Shown: positions 19,541 to 28,813 of the stretch, in pieces
How the letters are laid out: every line of letters starts with the position of its first letter
Position numbering within the stretch: the stretch's first letter is position 1
DNA from: an uncultured delta proteobacterium
GTDB lineage: Bacteria > Myxococcota_A > UBA9160 > UBA4427
NCBI GenBank assembly: GCA_963822965.1
Contig: CAWGJT010000006.1
Coordinates: 544,001-608,000, forward strand
Length of the DNA: 64,000 nt
Direction of reading: 5' to 3'
The notes under the pieces: generated by a model
The model's input: only the letters and a program-made list of their open reading frames with translations
Databases searched by the model: none
Told to the model about the DNA's origin: nothing
Position numbers and translations under genes: made by a program

Positions 19541-20158
19541 ATGCGTTTGCCCAACATCGTCTATGGCCTTTGCGCCGCCGTGGGCGGCACCGTCATGGCC
19601 CTGCAGTTCATCACCTCCGCCGTCGGACTCGGGTCGGACCACGGCGGCGACATGGTCGGAGACCACGGCGGCGGCTTCGGCGACCACGGCGGCGGCATGG
19701 GCGGGGACGGCCACGACGCCGGCGACGGCTTCGACGACCACGACTCGAGCTGGTTCTTCGGGGTCCTGAGCTTCCGCACCCTGATCGCTGCCCTGACGTT
19801 TTTCGGGCTGGCGGGCCTGGCGGGCGGCAAGAGCGGCTGGGATCCGAACACCACGCTCGTCGTCGCCGTCCTGTGCGGTGCCATCGCCCTCTACGGCGTC
19901 TACTGGCTCGGCGTCGGGCTGAGCCGGCTGCAGGCCGATGCGACCGTCCAGGTCCAGGGTGCGATCGGGTCCCACGGCACCGTCTACCTGCGCGTGCCCG
20001 CCGGGCGCTCCGGCGTCGGAAAGGTGCACATCAGCCAGCAGAGTCGGACGATGGAGTACGAGGCCGTCACCGAGGGCCGGGAGCTGCCGGTGGGCGCCAA
20101 CGTGGAGGTGGTCGCCGTCGCGGGCTCCGAGGTGGTGGTGGTCAGGGAAGCCAACTGA
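19541..20158 (+). CDS. NfeD-like membrane protein (flotillin partner)
   Basis: Gly/Asp/His-rich linker (GDHGG repeats), LSFRTLIAALTFFG, GTVYLRVP, C-terminal OB-fold-like segment; directly upstream of the SPFH gene. Confidence 0.85.
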   Translation: MRLPNIVYGLCAAVGGTVMALQFITSAVGLGSDHGGDMVGDHGGGFGDHGGGMGGDGHDAGDGFDDHDSSWFFGVLSFRTLIAALTFFGLAGLAGGKSGWDPNTTLVVAVLCGAIALYGVYWLGVGLSRLQADATVQVQGAIGSHGTVYLRVPAGRSGVGKVHISQQSRTMEYEAVTEGRELPVGANVEVVAVAGSEVVVVREAN

Positions 20159-20185
20159 GCCAAGTCGGGAGCGGGGATCGTCGCC

Positions 20186-21778
20186 ATGCTGGAGTCCTGG
20201 AACGGCCTGAACGTCTACTGGATCGCGCTCATCGCGCTCGTCGCCACCGTCTTCTTCAGCACCCTCAACCTGATGCGTACGCGCTACAAGCGCTGCCCGG
20301 CCAATCGCATCCTGGTGATCTACGGCTGGCCCAACCGCGGGCAGGCGGCCAAGTGCATCCACGGCGGCGCCAAGTTCGTCCTGCCGCTGGTGCAGGAGCA
20401 CGCGTATCTCAGCCTCGAGCCCATCCAGATCGAGGTCCCGCTGCGGGGCGCGCTGTCCATGGAGAACATCCGTGTCAACGTGCCGAGCGTCTTCACGGTC
20501 GCCATCGGCACGACGCCCGACCTGATGCAGAACGCCGCGGTCCGCCTGCTGGGTCTCGACATTCCCGACATCAAGAAGCAGGCCGAGGACATCATCTTCG
20601 GCCAGCTGCGCCAGGTCATCGCTTCGATGAAGATCGAGGACATCAACCGCGACCGCGACAAGTTCCTCGAGAGCATCCAGGCCTCACTCGAGCCGGAGCT
20701 GAAGAAGATCGGGCTGCTCCTCATCAACGTGAACATCACCGACATCACGGACGAGTCGGGCTACATCGAGGCGATCGGCCGCAACGCCGCCAGCCAGGCG
20801 ATCCAGCAGGCGCGCGGCGACGTCGCCGAGCAGGAGAAGCTCGGCGAGACGCGCGTGGCCCAGGCCGAGCGCGACCAGATGATCCAGGTGGCCAACGCCG
20901 CGAAGGAGCGCGAGATCGGCACGCGCGACGCGGAGCGCGAGCGCGCGGTGCGCGTGGCCGAGCTCGAGAAGGCCCAGCGCATCGGCGAGCAGACGGCCGC
21001 GTTCCAGCGGGAGTCGCAGATCAAGGACGCCGAGCGGACGATGCGCGTCGAGGTCTCGGAGGCCAACGCCAAGGCCATCGTCGGCGAGAACGAGGCGCAG
21101 GCGCAGATCGCGGCCAGCGAGGCCACGCTGCAGGTGAAGCGCGCCGAAGCCTACTCGCTCGGCGAGACGCGCAAGCGGGAGGCCGAGGCCGAGGTGCTGG
21201 CGGCCCAGAATGTCGCGATGGCCAAGGCGGCCCTGGCCGACGCCGAGCGCGTGGAGGCCGAGCGGCGTGCCGAGCTCGAGGCGCCGGCCAAGGCGGAGCG
21301 GGCGCGGATCCTCGTCGAGGCCGAGGCCGAAGCCGGCAAGCGACGTCTCGAGGCGGAGGGCGATGCGTCCGCGATCTTCGCGCGCCTCGAGGCCGAGGCG
21401 AAGGGCCAGTACGAGATCCTCGCGAAGAAGGCCGAGGGTCTGCGACGGATCGTGGAGGCGTGTGGCGGCGCCGACCAGGCCTTCCAGCTGATGATGCTCG
21501 AACACCTCGACAACCTGGCCGAAGCGTCGGCACGGGCGATCTCGAACATCAAGTTCGACAAGGTCGTGGTCTGGGAGAACGGCGGCCACAACGGCAGCAG
21601 CGCGACCGCGGGCTTCCTGCAGAACATCGCGCGCTCCCTGCCCCCGATGCTCCAGGTGATGAAGGACATCGGCGGCGTGGAGATCCCGGAGACGCTCGCG
21701 CGCTTCGGGGAGGACGGAGCCGCCGCGCTCCCGGCCGACGACTCGAAGCCCGCCCCAAAGGCGCCGCCGGGCGCCTAG
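20186..21778 (+). CDS. Flotillin-like SPFH-domain protein
   Basis: RYKRCP.NRILVIYG, ALSMENIRVNVPSVFTVAI, GQLRQVIA..IEDINRDR, AEA-rich coiled coil, AISNIKFDKVVVW. Confidence 0.94.
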   Translation: MLESWNGLNVYWIALIALVATVFFSTLNLMRTRYKRCPANRILVIYGWPNRGQAAKCIHGGAKFVLPLVQEHAYLSLEPIQIEVPLRGALSMENIRVNVPSVFTVAIGTTPDLMQNAAVRLLGLDIPDIKKQAEDIIFGQLRQVIASMKIEDINRDRDKFLESIQASLEPELKKIGLLLINVNITDITDESGYIEAIGRNAASQAIQQARGDVAEQEKLGETRVAQAERDQMIQVANAAKEREIGTRDAERERAVRVAELEKAQRIGEQTAAFQRESQIKDAERTMRVEVSEANAKAIVGENEAQAQIAASEATLQVKRAEAYSLGETRKREAEAEVLAAQNVAMAKAALADAERVEAERRAELEAPAKAERARILVEAEAEAGKRRLEAEGDASAIFARLEAEAKGQYEILAKKAEGLRRIVEACGGADQAFQLMMLEHLDNLAEASARAISNIKFDKVVVWENGGHNGSSATAGFLQNIARSLPPMLQVMKDIGGVEIPETLARFGEDGAAALPADDSKPAPKAPPGA

Positions 21779-21812
21779 ACCGGCTTGCCCGCGCGACGGC
21801 CCCCGGACGCGC

Positions 21813-22166
21813 TCAGAGGATTCCCGCCCGCACGCCCGCCCAGGCGCCCGCGCCACAGAGCAGCCAGACGACGGCCAGCAGCGCGGTGATGCCCCCCGGG
21901 CGCCCCCGATCCCGAATCTCCAGCACCGATGCGGTCGCGCTGAGCGCGCCGGTCACGCAGAGCCCGGCGATCGCCCAACCCCCGCCGTCCCGCCAGGCCA
22001 CCACCAGCAGAGGCGCAACGAAGACGACCACGTGCGCGACCAGGACGAGCAGGATCGGCCACAGGGTGGGCTCGCGAACGAACGGCAGGACGGCACGCTC
22101 GAGGCGCGACGGCCCGCGAAAGGCGTCGAGATCGAGCCTTCGCTCGCGGGGGCCTTCGGGCTGCAT
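21813..22166 (-). CDS. Small hypothetical membrane protein
   Basis: LPFVREPTLWPILLV plus three hydrophobic segments; start uncertain. Confidence 0.65.
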   Translation of the reverse strand: MQPEGPRERRLDLDAFRGPSRLERAVLPFVREPTLWPILLVLVAHVVVFVAPLLVVAWRDGGGWAIAGLCVTGALSATASVLEIRDRGRPGGITALLAVVWLLCGAGAWAGVRAGIL

Positions 22167-22373
22167 CCGGATCGGGCTCGACACGCCGTGGACTCCTTCG
22201 GCCCGGCGCTCCCCGCCCACGCGGGAAGCCCTCCGGACGCACGGGCTCGCAATCTTGTGCCTCAGTTTCGGCCCGGCGACAAGCGGTCCGCCCCCGGACC
22301 CGCCGGGCGGAAATCGTTGGCCGAGGCACCGCGCGGAGGGGCACAATAGCCGTCGGGCCAGAACGGAGGGGGT

Positions 22374-23147
22374 GTGGAGTACTCACAGATCCTGTACGAG
22401 ACCGAGGGTCCCGTCGCGACCATCACGCTCGACCGACCCGAGCGCCTCAACGCCTGGACGCCGCGCATGTCCCGGGAGCAGTGGCACGCCATCGAGCGGG
22501 CCAACGAAGATCCCCGGATCGGCACCATCGTCCTGACGGGCGCCGGCCGGGGCTTCTGCGCCGGCGCGGACGTGGGCGGCTTCCACGACCAGATCGAAGA
22601 GCAGCAGCAGGAGGAGCTCTCGACACCCGGGGACTGGGTGAAGCTCTGCCGCCGTTCGAAGCCGCTGATTGCGGCGGTCAACGGCGCCTGCGTGGGCGTC
22701 GGGATGACCATGATCCTGCCCTTCGACGTCATCATCGCCTCGGAGCGGGCGCGCTTCGGAATGTTCTTCATCAAGATGGGACTCGTGCCGGAGCTGGCGA
22801 GCACGCACTTCCTGGTGCAGCGGATGGGCTTCGCCAAGGCGAGCGAGCTCTGCCTGTCCGGGCGCCTCTACTCCGCGGGCGAGCTGGCGGGCCTGGGGCT
22901 GTTCAACGGCCTCGTGCCGCCGGACGAGCTGCTGTCACGGGCCGGCGAGCTCGCGCTCGAGATCGCGGCGAACCCGGATCCCCAGCTGCGCATGATCAAG
23001 GACCTGCTCAGCCGCAACGGGAGCGAGCCCGACCTCGACGTGGTGCAGTCCCGGGAGCTCGAGCTGTTGAAGCGCTGCTACGACACGCCCGAGCACCACG
23101 AGGCCGTCGCAGCCTTCATGGAGCGGCGGACACCTCGCTTCCGCTGA
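22374..23147 (+). CDS. Enoyl-CoA hydratase/isomerase family protein
   Basis: ITLDRPERLNA, GRGFCAGAD, KPLIAAVNGACVGVG, HEAVAAFMERR. Confidence 0.93.
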   Translation: MEYSQILYETEGPVATITLDRPERLNAWTPRMSREQWHAIERANEDPRIGTIVLTGAGRGFCAGADVGGFHDQIEEQQQEELSTPGDWVKLCRRSKPLIAAVNGACVGVGMTMILPFDVIIASERARFGMFFIKMGLVPELASTHFLVQRMGFAKASELCLSGRLYSAGELAGLGLFNGLVPPDELLSRAGELALEIAANPDPQLRMIKDLLSRNGSEPDLDVVQSRELELLKRCYDTPEHHEAVAAFMERRTPRFR

Positions 23148-23636
23148 GGGTCGTCTCGGGCGCCGCACCGCGCACGATCGTCGCGAGACGCCACGCCGCG
23201 AGCACGGACAGCGCCCCGAAGCCGCCCAGCAACCCGAGGACGAGGCCGGGCGTCCGCAGGGCGTGAGGCAGCAGGGGGGTCGCCAGCCCCGCGAGCCCCG
23301 CCATCGCCAGGGACGGCCGCAGCCCGAAGCCCAGCTCGCACCCCAGCAGGAACAGGACGGCCACGCTCGCGGCCACCACCCAGGCGTTCGTCCAGCTGGC
23401 GGCCCAGGCGACGAAGGGCCGGGGCCAGGCGGCCGTCGACCAGTCGTCCCAGCGCAGCCGGAAGGGGTTGCCGCCCGCGAAGGGCGCCTCGGGATCGGCG
23501 TGCGGGTCCATGCCCCGAGGCGTATCGAAGAGTCCCCGCTCCTCGGCCCGGGCGAGAGGGGCCAGCAGGCGGCCGACCAGCAGGCCGGGCATGGCTGCCA
23601 GGGACTGGCCGAGGCCGTACTTGGCGTAGAAGTGCT
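23116..23636 (-). pseudogene. Fragment of a GT-C-like membrane glycosyltransferase (5' end and middle missing)
   Basis: FYAKYGLGQSLAAMP...NAWVVAASVAVLF...LAGLATPLLP motif-like segments; no credible start upstream. Confidence 0.5.
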
Positions 23637-23637
23637 G

Positions 23638-24654
23638 ACGGTGCTGCGCCTCGGCGCCCGCATGCCGGGCCGGCTGGTGGCCGTCTTCGCGCCCCTGGCA
23701 CTCGTCGCCCTGCCCCGCTTCTACGGTCACGCCTTCAACAACTCGAAGGACATCCCCTTCGCGTGTGCGTTCGTCTGGGCCGTTCACGCAAGCTGTCGGC
23801 TGGCGTGTCGCGAGGCGGGCTCGCGCCTGGGCCCGGCGCTGCTCTGCGGGCTCGCCGTCGGCGCCGCCCTGGCCATCCGGCCGGGCGGTCTCCCGTTGCT
23901 GCTCGGGCTCTTCGGCCTGCTGCTGGCCTGGCGCCTGGGGGTGCGAGACGGCGGCGCCCGCGGCGCCTGGCGGGGGGTGCTGCAGGACGCCCTCGTGGCC
24001 TGGGCCGCGGCCTGGCTCGTGATGGTGGCCCTGTGGCCCTGGGCGCACGAGAGCCCCGTGCTGAACCCGCTGCGCGCCGTGGCCCTGCTGGCGGGCCTCG
24101 CGGCAGCTTCGCTCGTCGAGGTGCTGGCGACGCTCGCGCAGCGGCACGCGGGGCCGCGCCCGGCTGCCCGGGTGCGCGTCGCAACGGTCTGCGCGATGGG
24201 CCTGACCCTGGCCACGGCCTTCGTCCAGCACGTCCGCCTGCACCCGTACCAGAGCACCTACTTCAACGCGCTGGTGGACGGCGTGGCCGGGGCGGACGGC
24301 CGCTACGAGACCGACCACTGGCTGTCCAGCTACAAGGAAGCCATCGAATGGGTCAACGCCCGCACCGCCGGCGCCGGCCGCGAGGTGACGGTGCTGGTGG
24401 CCGCCGATCCCTACTCGAGCGACTGCGCGGCGAGCTTCCTCGGCCCCGGCGTCTGCATGGTCCGAACCGTCGAGCAGGGGGTGGGCGGGGCCCTGCCCGA
24501 GCCCTTCGATTTCTACGTCGCCACCACGCGCTACGGGCTGGACGCGAACTTCCCGGGGTCCGAGGTCGCCCATCGGGTCGGGCGGCTGGGAGCCACCTTC
24601 ACGGTGATCCGCGCGCGGGAAGGCGGGGCAGAACGCAGTCTCGCGGGGCGCTAG
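23638..24654 (+). pseudogene. Truncated ArnT/PMT-like (GT-C) glycosyltransferase
   Basis: PRFYGHAFNNSKDIPFA, LWPWA..NP, HPYQSTYFN.LV.G...A.GRYETDHW..SYKEA; the N-terminus and apparently a central block are absent. Confidence 0.6.
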
Positions 24655-24680
24655 TCCTGATCCGTCATGCGGATCAGGGC
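24651..24680. repeat. CTAG-started hairpin, possible collapsed MITE ends
   Basis: CTAGT-CCTGATCCG-TCATG-CGGATCAGG-GC; abuts family A copy 2. Confidence 0.55.
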
Positions 24681-24685
24681 GCAAC

Positions 24686-24867
24686 TCCCAATGCCTGCCG
24701 AATCGCTGCCTCTTGCTCGGTCCGTGCCGCGATCCGAGCCCGACGCCAGGACCTCATGGGAATGAGGTTGTCGCGCTCAGGCTGGTTCCGCCGTCCTCGC
24801 ACGATCCGCGAGGCCTGGCAGGGGCTGCGGCACGCAGGAAGCACGCTGAATGACGCATTGGGGCTAG
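24686..24867. mobile_element. Non-autonomous repeat element family A, copy 2
   Basis: About 91% identical to 828-1008, same orientation; CCCAATGC...GCATTGGGG-CTAG. Confidence 0.8.
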
Positions 24868-24931
24868 CAGGCCGACCCCCGATGGGTCGGCTCGTGCCGG
24901 CGGGGGCCCGCCGTTGCTATCCTTGCGCGCG

Positions 24932-25924
24932 ATGCCCACGCCCATCGCACCCCTGTGCCTCCTGACCTGCGAATCGGGCCGCCCGTTCGCGACCGCCGTG
25001 GCCGAAGAGCTGGGCCAGCCGCTGGTTCCCACGAGCGAGTCCTGGTTCGCCTGCGGCGAGGGCAAGCTCGTCATCGACGCGAACATCCGCGGCTGCGACG
25101 CCTACGTGTTCCAGTCCTGCATCGGCGATCACGACGACCTCTCGGTCTACGAGCGCTTCGTGATGCTGCTGCACGCCGTCGAGGCGGCGAAGCTGTCCGA
25201 CGCGCTGTTCGTGACCGCCGTCCTGCCCTACTACCCCGGCGCGAGGCAGGACAAGCGCAAGGGACGCACCCGAGAAGGCATCAGCGCGGGCCTGTTCGCG
25301 CGCATGCTCTCCGTGGCGGGCGCCCACCGGGTGCTGACGGTCGAGATCCACAACGACGCCATCGCCGGCATGTTCGACGCGAGCCAGACCACCCTCGAGA
25401 CGGTCTACCTCACCAAGCACATGGTGGGCTGGATGAACGAGCACGGCATCAGCGCGGGCGTCGTGGTGGCGCCGGACGTGGGCGGGATGGAGCGCGCGCG
25501 CTGGTACGCGGAGAAGCTGTCGGCGGACCTCGCCGCGCTCTCCAAGGAACGGGACTACTCGCGCCCGAACGCCGTCGTCCGCTCCACCCTGATCGGCGAG
25601 GTCGCCAATCGAGACGTCCTGCTGGTGGACGACATCGTCGACACCGCGGGCTCCGTGGTGGCCGCCATCGACGAGCTGAAGTCGCACGGTGCCCGGAACA
25701 TCACCGTCGCCTGCGCACACCCCCTGCTCTCGGGGCCCGCCTGGGACCGGCTCTCGGCGCTCTACGATCGCGCCACCGGCGAGGGCTGGGACTTCAAGCT
25801 CGTCGGCACATCCTCGGTGCTCCACCAGAAGGTGCCGGGATGGTATCTCCACTATCCCATCGAGCCCCTGATGGCGCAGGTGATCACGAAGATCAACCGG
25901 CGAGGCAGCGTGACCGGCCTCTGA
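24932..25924 (+). CDS. prs: Ribose-phosphate pyrophosphokinase
   Basis: VLPYYPGARQDKR, VVAPDVGGMERAR, LLVDDIVDTAGS, ACAHPL. Confidence 0.92.
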   Translation: MPTPIAPLCLLTCESGRPFATAVAEELGQPLVPTSESWFACGEGKLVIDANIRGCDAYVFQSCIGDHDDLSVYERFVMLLHAVEAAKLSDALFVTAVLPYYPGARQDKRKGRTREGISAGLFARMLSVAGAHRVLTVEIHNDAIAGMFDASQTTLETVYLTKHMVGWMNEHGISAGVVVAPDVGGMERARWYAEKLSADLAALSKERDYSRPNAVVRSTLIGEVANRDVLLVDDIVDTAGSVVAAIDELKSHGARNITVACAHPLLSGPAWDRLSALYDRATGEGWDFKLVGTSSVLHQKVPGWYLHYPIEPLMAQVITKINRRGSVTGL

Positions 25925-25988
25925 GCGCGTCCCGGCCGACCCGCGCCGGCGGGTCCGCGCGACACGGGGTGCGATAGAGTTCGCGGCC

Positions 25989-27373
25989 ATGCACGGACGA
26001 CGGATCGCGCCCGCCCTGGGCGCCGCCGCCCTGGCCTTCGCGGTGCTGCTCGCCCTGGGCTGGCCGGCGCCGGCCTACGCGGTCGCGATCGCCGCCATGA
26101 CCTTCGTCGCCGTCGCCACCCCCGTCTCCGCCAACGTGCAGATCGCCGCGGCCAGCGCCGCGGCCGTCGTGCTGGGCGTGCTCCCGGACAGCGGCATCGA
26201 GCAGGTGCAGATCGTCGGGCGTCTCTTCATCTCGCTGCTCAAGATGCTGATCGCCCCGATGATCCTGCTCTCCATCGTTCACGGCATCGCCGGCATGTCG
26301 CGCGCCCGGGATTTCGGCCGCATGGGTACGCGCACGGTGGTCCTCTACGTGGCGACCATGGCCCTGGCGGTCCTCACCGGGCTCGTCTTCGTCAACCTCT
26401 TCCAGCCGGGCGCGGGCAGCGAGCTGCGGCACAGCGAGTTCTTCGCGAAGGCCCTGGCGGAGGCCGGGGACCGCCGGCCCCCACCGACCTCGCCCTCGGC
26501 GACGCCGTCGCCCGCATCCTGATGAGCGTCTTCGGCAACCCGATCCGTGCGCTGGCCGACGGGCAGATCCTGCCGATCGTGACCTTCGCGGTGCTCTTCG
26601 GCCTGGCCCTGCTGCAGCTCGGCGAGCGCGTGCGACCCCTGGTGGACGTCCTGGGTGCGGCGAACCTGGCGGTGATGCACCTGATCGGGTGGTTCGTCCG
26701 GCTGGCGCCCGTGGGAATCTTCGCGCTCCTCGGCAACCTGATCGCCGGCACGGGCTTCGCCGAGCTCGCCCGCCACCTGGGCGCGTTCGCCGCCGTGGTG
26801 GTCGGCGCCACGCTGGTCCACGCCCTCGTGACCCTGCCGCTGGTGGTTCGATTCGTCGGGGGCGCCTCGCCCCTCGCCTTCCTGCGCGGCATCCAGCCGG
26901 CGCTCTGGGTCGCCTTCTCCACGAGCTCGAGCGCGGCCACCCTGCCGGTCACGACCCGCTGCGTCGAGGACGATCTCGCCGTCCCGACCGAGGTCGCGAG
27001 CTTCGTGCTGCCCCTGGGCGCCACCGTGAACATGGACGGCACCGCCCTGTACGAGGCCATCGCCGCCATCTTCGTGGCGAACATCTACGGCATGGAGCTT
27101 CCCCTGGCGAGCCAGCTCGTCGTCTTCGCGATCGCCATGGTGTCGGCCATCGGCGCACCGGGCATTCCGTCGGCGGGCATGGTGACGATGGTGGTGGTGC
27201 TGGAGGCGGTGGGGCTCCCCGCGGAGGCGGTGGCGTTGCTGCTCACCATCGACCGGGTGCTCGACACGATCCGCACGATGACGAACGTGGAGGGGGACGC
27301 GGCCGTGGCCCTGTGCGTGGCACGCCTGGGCCCCGCCCGCGCGCCCAATGCCCCGAGCGCGGTGAACCGATAA
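25989..27373 (+). CDS. Dicarboxylate/amino acid:cation symporter (DAACS), split by a one-base-loss frameshift near 26466-26482
   Basis: GRLFISLLKMLIAP in ORF1; FSTSSSAATLP, LPLGATVNMDGTALYE and DRVLDTIRT in ORF2; the frames join if one base is added to the G4 or C5 run. Confidence 0.88.
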
Positions 27374-27405
27374 GCTCCGGCTTCCCCGCGCCGCACAGGA
27401 GAAGC

Positions 27406-28800
27406 ATGGCCAGCCTCGACGGCGCGCTCGCGCCCGCCGCCTCCCGAAGCGAGCGGCTCTCCCTCCCCGTGATCCTCGCCTACTGCCTCCCGACCGTGGG
27501 CTGTGGCTTCATGTTCCTGCTCATCGGGCTGTACCTGATGAAGTTCGCGACCGACGTGCTGCTCATCGCGCCGGCCGCAATGGGGACGATCTTCGGCCTG
27601 TCGCGCATCTGGGACGCGGTCTCGGATCCCATCGCCGGCTATCTCAGCGATCGCACGAATCACCCGGCGGGACGACGCAGGCCCTGGATCTTCGCCTCGA
27701 CGATCCCCATCGGGCTGGCGTACTGGATGGCCTGGAGCCCCCCGGAATCCCTGACCGGCACACCGCTCACCCTGTGGATGGGCGTCGGCATCTTCGGCTT
27801 CTACTCGGCCATGACCATCTTCATCGTGCCCCACATGTCCCTGGGCGCCGAGCTCACCGCCGACTATCACGAGCGGAGCCGCATCTTCGGGTTCCGCCAC
27901 GTGGGCTGGACGATCGGCTCGATTCTCGCGCTGGCGGGCATGGCGGTGCTGATCCAGGCCGAGGGATCGTCTCCCGCGGCGTCACGCCAGGCGGCCTCCC
28001 AGCTCGCCGTCGGCGCCGCGCTGGTGACGGTGCTGCTCGTCGGCTGGGCCGCCCTCCGCCTGCGCGAACGACCGGAGTTCCGGGGGCGCGGCTCGGACCA
28101 TCCCTTCCGGGCCTTCGCGGACGTCTGGAGGAATCCGCACGCCCGACTTCTGCTCATCGTCACCGGCGTGGAGAACCTGGGGAGCGCAACCATCGGCATC
28201 CTCACGCTCTACGTGGCGCAGTACGTCGTGGAGGCGCCGCAGCTCGCGCCGGTCTTCATCCTCTGTTACATGGTGCCGTCCTTCGCCTCGGTGCCGATGT
28301 GGATCCCGATCTCGCGGCGCGTCGGCAAGAAGCACCTGTGGACCGCGTCGCTGGTGCTCACGGGCTTCTCGTTCGGCGGCATGTTCTTCCTGGGCAAGGG
28401 CGACGTCTGGCAGATCGCCCTGCTGGCCGTGTCGGCCGGGCTGGCGGCGGGTGCGGGCGGCACCATCGGCCCGTCGATCCAGGCCGACGTCATCGACTAC
28501 GACGAGTACGAGACGGGACAGCGCAAGGAGGGGGCCTACTTCTCCGCCTGGAACTTCGTCTTCAAGACCGCCTTCGGCGTCACCCTGATGCTCACGGGGT
28601 ACGTGCTCGAGCTGTCGGGCTTCGTTCCCAACGTCGAGCAGACCGAGGGCGTGAAGCTGGCCCTGCGCTCGCTCTACGGCGCCTACCCCTTCGTCTGCTA
28701 CCTGGGCGCCGCTGCGCTCTTCTCGCGCTTCCGCCTGGACGAGGTCGAGTACACCCGCATCCGGGAAGAGCTGGGGAGGCGCGCGCTCGAGACGCGCTGA
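27406..28800 (+). CDS. MFS glycoside-pentoside-hexuronide (GPH) family transporter
   Basis: RIWDAVSDPIAGYLSD, GRRRPW, LGAELT.DY.ERSR, ADVIDYDE..TGQRKEG; RBS AGGAG. Confidence 0.92.
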   Translation: MASLDGALAPAASRSERLSLPVILAYCLPTVGCGFMFLLIGLYLMKFATDVLLIAPAAMGTIFGLSRIWDAVSDPIAGYLSDRTNHPAGRRRPWIFASTIPIGLAYWMAWSPPESLTGTPLTLWMGVGIFGFYSAMTIFIVPHMSLGAELTADYHERSRIFGFRHVGWTIGSILALAGMAVLIQAEGSSPAASRQAASQLAVGAALVTVLLVGWAALRLRERPEFRGRGSDHPFRAFADVWRNPHARLLLIVTGVENLGSATIGILTLYVAQYVVEAPQLAPVFILCYMVPSFASVPMWIPISRRVGKKHLWTASLVLTGFSFGGMFFLGKGDVWQIALLAVSAGLAAGAGGTIGPSIQADVIDYDEYETGQRKEGAYFSAWNFVFKTAFGVTLMLTGYVLELSGFVPNVEQTEGVKLALRSLYGAYPFVCYLGAAALFSRFRLDEVEYTRIREELGRRALETR

Positions 28801-28813
28801 GCGCACGGGGCGA

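Noticed and set aside
19630..19745. GACCACGGCGGC repeats as a DNA repeat element
   Set aside because: They encode the Gly/Asp/His-rich linker usual in NfeD-like proteins.
26460..26522. Programmed ribosomal frameshift in the DAACS gene
   Set aside because: No canonical slippery heptamer is evident; an indel error or mutation is more parsimonious.
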